Source of the DNA: Paraphysomonas bandaiensis
Taxonomy: Eukaryota; Protista; Chrysophyceae
Direction: 5' to 3'
Assembly: GCA_965644295.1 (NCBI GenBank)
Contig: CBFFRP010000090.1
Location: 96,833 to 160,832 of the forward strand
Length of the DNA stretch: 64,000 bases
Positions 60,850-64,000 of the stretch are shown here, piece after piece. Both the position numbers and the translations under genes were made by a program. Below the pieces are notes generated by a model that had not been told where the DNA came from, did not search any database, and worked only from the letters and a program-made list of their open reading frames with translations. Numbering within the stretch: the first letter of the stretch is position 1; each line of letters begins with the position of its first letter.

Positions 60850-63288
60850 ATGAGACAGTATTCAAGGATTCCTGAGTCTGATGGCACAGACAAAGATGGA
60901 GTGTCTCGTATGGAGCATTCAGAGCTAGAGAGCTTAAAGTGGACATCTCTGGTCATATGCTGCAGCCTCTTCCTGTTAACAATATACGGGAGCTGGATAG
61001 AGATACAATCAGACCACAAGATATCTTCAGATGTGTCGTTTTCTCCAGAGGAGGAGACTCTTCCCCTGTCTCAGTATTTGTTATCTCGAGATGGTCGGCT
61101 TGAGGCCACTCTATCAGTGTCTATATGTTCAATCACAGTATCAAATATACTTATGTTTCAATCCCGCTGTTATAATAACCGCATACCAGGCCCGACACTT
61201 GTCGTCAGTCCTGGAGATACTTTAACTGTTGAATTGCGTAACAATCTAGAAAGAGATCCGCTTGTTATACACAACTCCTCACCAAACACGTTCAGGCATC
61301 CGAATACAACGAGTTTGCATGTTCATGGGCTCCACGTCAGTCCTGAAGGCGATAGTGACAATATTTACCGCGACTGTAATCCTGGTGAATCAATCACGTA
61401 TACATATGAAATTCCTAAAAATCACCCAAGTGGAACATTTTACTACCACCCCCACCATCATGGTTCTGCAACGTTACAAGTCTTAGGTGGCATGGCAGGG
61501 GCTATTTTAGTACGAGACAGGAAGCATAGACACTTAGAAGAAAATACAAAGCCATACGACAAGTTTATGGGCCCTAGCGGTTTCGGGAATCCTCGGTACC
61601 CGGAGTTTCCTGCGATTGAGAAAATAAGAAGATTAAGTCATAACGAAGGAATAAAATCTCTATATTTACCCAGTGCACGAGATCTTATGGTTGTACTACA
61701 GCGGTAAGAATGTTTTTGTATTGATATTAGGCTTCTGTATGTGTGTTGCTCATTTTTTTGTTGCTGTAGATTGAATTTTGTCACTGGTAGCAAGCCGTAT
61801 GATTCCCTTGCTAAGTTGACTGGGGATTCTTTATCCTCTCATGCTACTTTATTGAGACATTCTGAAGCTTCAGGAAGCAGTGATGAGGGTGATAATGATA
61901 TACTCGACACTATAGTCGCAAACGGTGCCATGAATCCCGTTGTCAATATACGAGTAAGTGAAAAACTCCGTCGTTGACTATTGTTTTTTCCGATTCTAGT
62001 TCTCATATAACGGTTGTGAATAGAATGGAGAGTTAACGAGGCTTAGACTTGTACATGCAGGTGAGCGTTTCCTACATATTGGAACGACTTGAAATATGTA
62101 AATCTGTGCAATGCTACAGGACTCGAGGATATGTTGGTACTTCGACCAGAGCGTGTAGATTCTGTCGATAAAACACTAAGCGGCGACTGTGCTTTCGCTG
62201 TGGTAGCACGAGACGGGGTGTATCTCCGTTCTCCGCTGTTATTGTATCCATTTGATGCACAAGATCCACCATTAGTGATGGCACCGGGCAGTCGAGCGGA
62301 TATTGCGGTGCTTTGCACCTATAACCCATTTGTTTCTTCGGATTTAAGGAGTATATATGAGATACGTTCTGGAGTCAAAAATTCTGATGAACGAGTGAAA
62401 GACTTCGTCGGGAGTAGTACAGCAGTATACGATGGTACACTTCTTCGTATAAAACTTGCAGAAGAGGATACGTCTGAAGCCGATGATGACGAATCGAATG
62501 ATGATGAAAATGGTATTGAAGCCTATGTTAATAGCGGCGATGATGATGACAATGACGATGATGACCGCGGCTATAGTGAAGATGAAATCCATGCCATGGG
62601 ATCAAGTGCAGTTGCCATGTACACAGAGCACGACCTCAAGCGGGTACTGTTAAACATCAATACATATGATCTTACGCAGGAGACCTTGTATCACCCAGAT
62701 GATGCTAAAAATAATAGTGTGCCCTCTTATTCTTCAGAGCCATATATTTTCGAATTTGTGCATGGGTGTAAAGATAGTAGTGGATATACATACTACGCCA
62801 TTAACAATGAGATTTTCAATGAATCTCATATTATGATCGAGGTAGGCAGATAATCTATATACAGTAGTATTTGATGAATAATCAGGTTCAACTGGGGGAA
62901 GTACAAGAATGGATAATAGTTAATTCAAGAAAGTTCGACTGCTCTTCGAATGATGCTTCAACTGAAGTCATGAAGTACAAGGTACAGCACGAATCTCACC
63001 CATTTCACATCCACACGAATCATTTTAAAGTTCTGCGTTCATCGGTTGAGCCGCCTCTAGATTTCAGAATAGGTACGGTAAACAGTAAATAGATATATAT
63101 ACGCCACATATATTTATTGTGTGTTGGTAGGAGAATGGCGAGATACTGTTGTGATGCCTGCCCCGGGAAACATAACTATTCAATGGAGAGCCGAAGATTT
63201 CTCAGGAAAAGCTTTAGCTCATTGTCACGTATTTTCACATGCAGATACGGGTATGACGATGAATTTCTTTATAGCCGATAGAAAATAG
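60850..63288 (+). CDS. three-domain multicopper oxidase (CueO/SufI/laccase-like) with N-terminal membrane anchor
   Basis: All four Cu-binding motifs are present: TSLHVHGLH, GTFYYHPHHHG, HPFHIHTNHF, LAHCHVFSHADTGM; also PGPTLVVSPGD, VARDG, APGSRAD, WRDTV; TM segment WTSLVICCSLFLLTIYGSW; stop TAG at 63286-63288. Confidence 0.93.
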
Positions 63289-63729
63289 TGTTCTTGTGTT
63301 AAGTTTAAGGCATCGCGTTAACATCTCATTAGAACTCGCTAGTAGTCATGCATATACTTCCTAAAACTAAGTTAATTTTTACTGTATATCATAAGAGTAA
63401 GTCGAGTATCTAAAAATTATGAAATATAAAAATTGCAATCGATTACTGCTGAAAACGATATCCAATATATAAAGTTGTATTTGTAGATATCCCACTTTTA
63501 CGAATATTTGGATCACCGTATAACGGCCTTGCCGAACAAAAAATGTTCGGAAAATCGGTTTATCTCCACCGTATAATTATGATATCTAGAATATCTCGAT
63601 TTTACGAACACATTATTGTTCGGCATTTTTTTACCGTTTGGCCACTATCGCCATTCAAACCATACAACACCAATGCCCATAAACTGCAAGAACAAAGAAC
63701 TTAGAACAAACAAAGCACTTAGAACAAAC

Positions 63730-63975
63730 TATTAGGATTCAGCTTAATACATGATTGTATCTGTGAGTTATAATGTTCAATGAAATATACCATGAACTGA
63801 ATTAGAGAGAGTATCTGTCGAAGATACGTGATCGTCATCATAACGTCGTCATTATCAGTTACACTTCTAACTATTCCGTTGTGCATGATAGTACGTTCTA
63901 TATTGTTATTCATAATTTTCACTCTATCGTGTTCATTACTTACACTCTAATAATCACAACATTGTTTTACTAATA
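63730..63975 (-). repeat. unclassified ~250-bp AT-rich dispersed repeat (copy 2)
   Basis: Reverse-complement match to 45181-45440. Confidence 0.85.
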
Positions 63976-64000
63976 AGCTTAAATCTTATTTTGGTAGCGG

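Noticed and set aside
60022-60875. Five long ORFs (MYVC/TYIH repeats)
   Set aside because: Artefacts of the stop-free (TATG)n microsatellite

Overview
Gene-dense eukaryotic nuclear DNA, not prokaryotic. Genes carry many short GT-AG introns (35-160 nt), and the gene content suggests a flagellated protist, probably a stramenopile (inference only). About 19 protein-coding genes can be rebuilt by splicing. They are a small hypothetical gene, a ~2,900-aa IQ/coiled-coil protein with two dynein-MTBD-like segments, a TTLL3/8-type tubulin glycylase, a CEP57-like coiled-coil protein, a secreted GPLG-repeat protein, DUF1279/FAM210, NudC, Nup160, a degenerate MPPED-like metallophosphoesterase, DNAJB13-like HSP40, VPS29, an eIF4B-like/W2 fusion, a tandem DSBA/HCCA-isomerase, a low-specificity threonine aldolase, an unknown secreted protein, a GT8, PIG-V, cathepsin Z, an HDAC and a multicopper oxidase. 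Most genes sit in head-to-head pairs separated by TATG/CATA-type purine-pyrimidine tracts. Transposon relics accumulate mainly downstream of gene 3' ends. The relics include an RNase H-encoding LINE family, two hAT-type transposase relics, a TA-flanked palindromic MITE and an unclassified ~260-bp dispersed repeat. The most notable non-coding signal is a ~49-nt three-way-junction RNA motif with compensatory base changes. It is found in 7 full or partial copies at the 3' ends of the LINE-like relics. No CRISPR array, rRNA or tRNA was recognised. All family assignments come from visual motif recognition; no searches were run.
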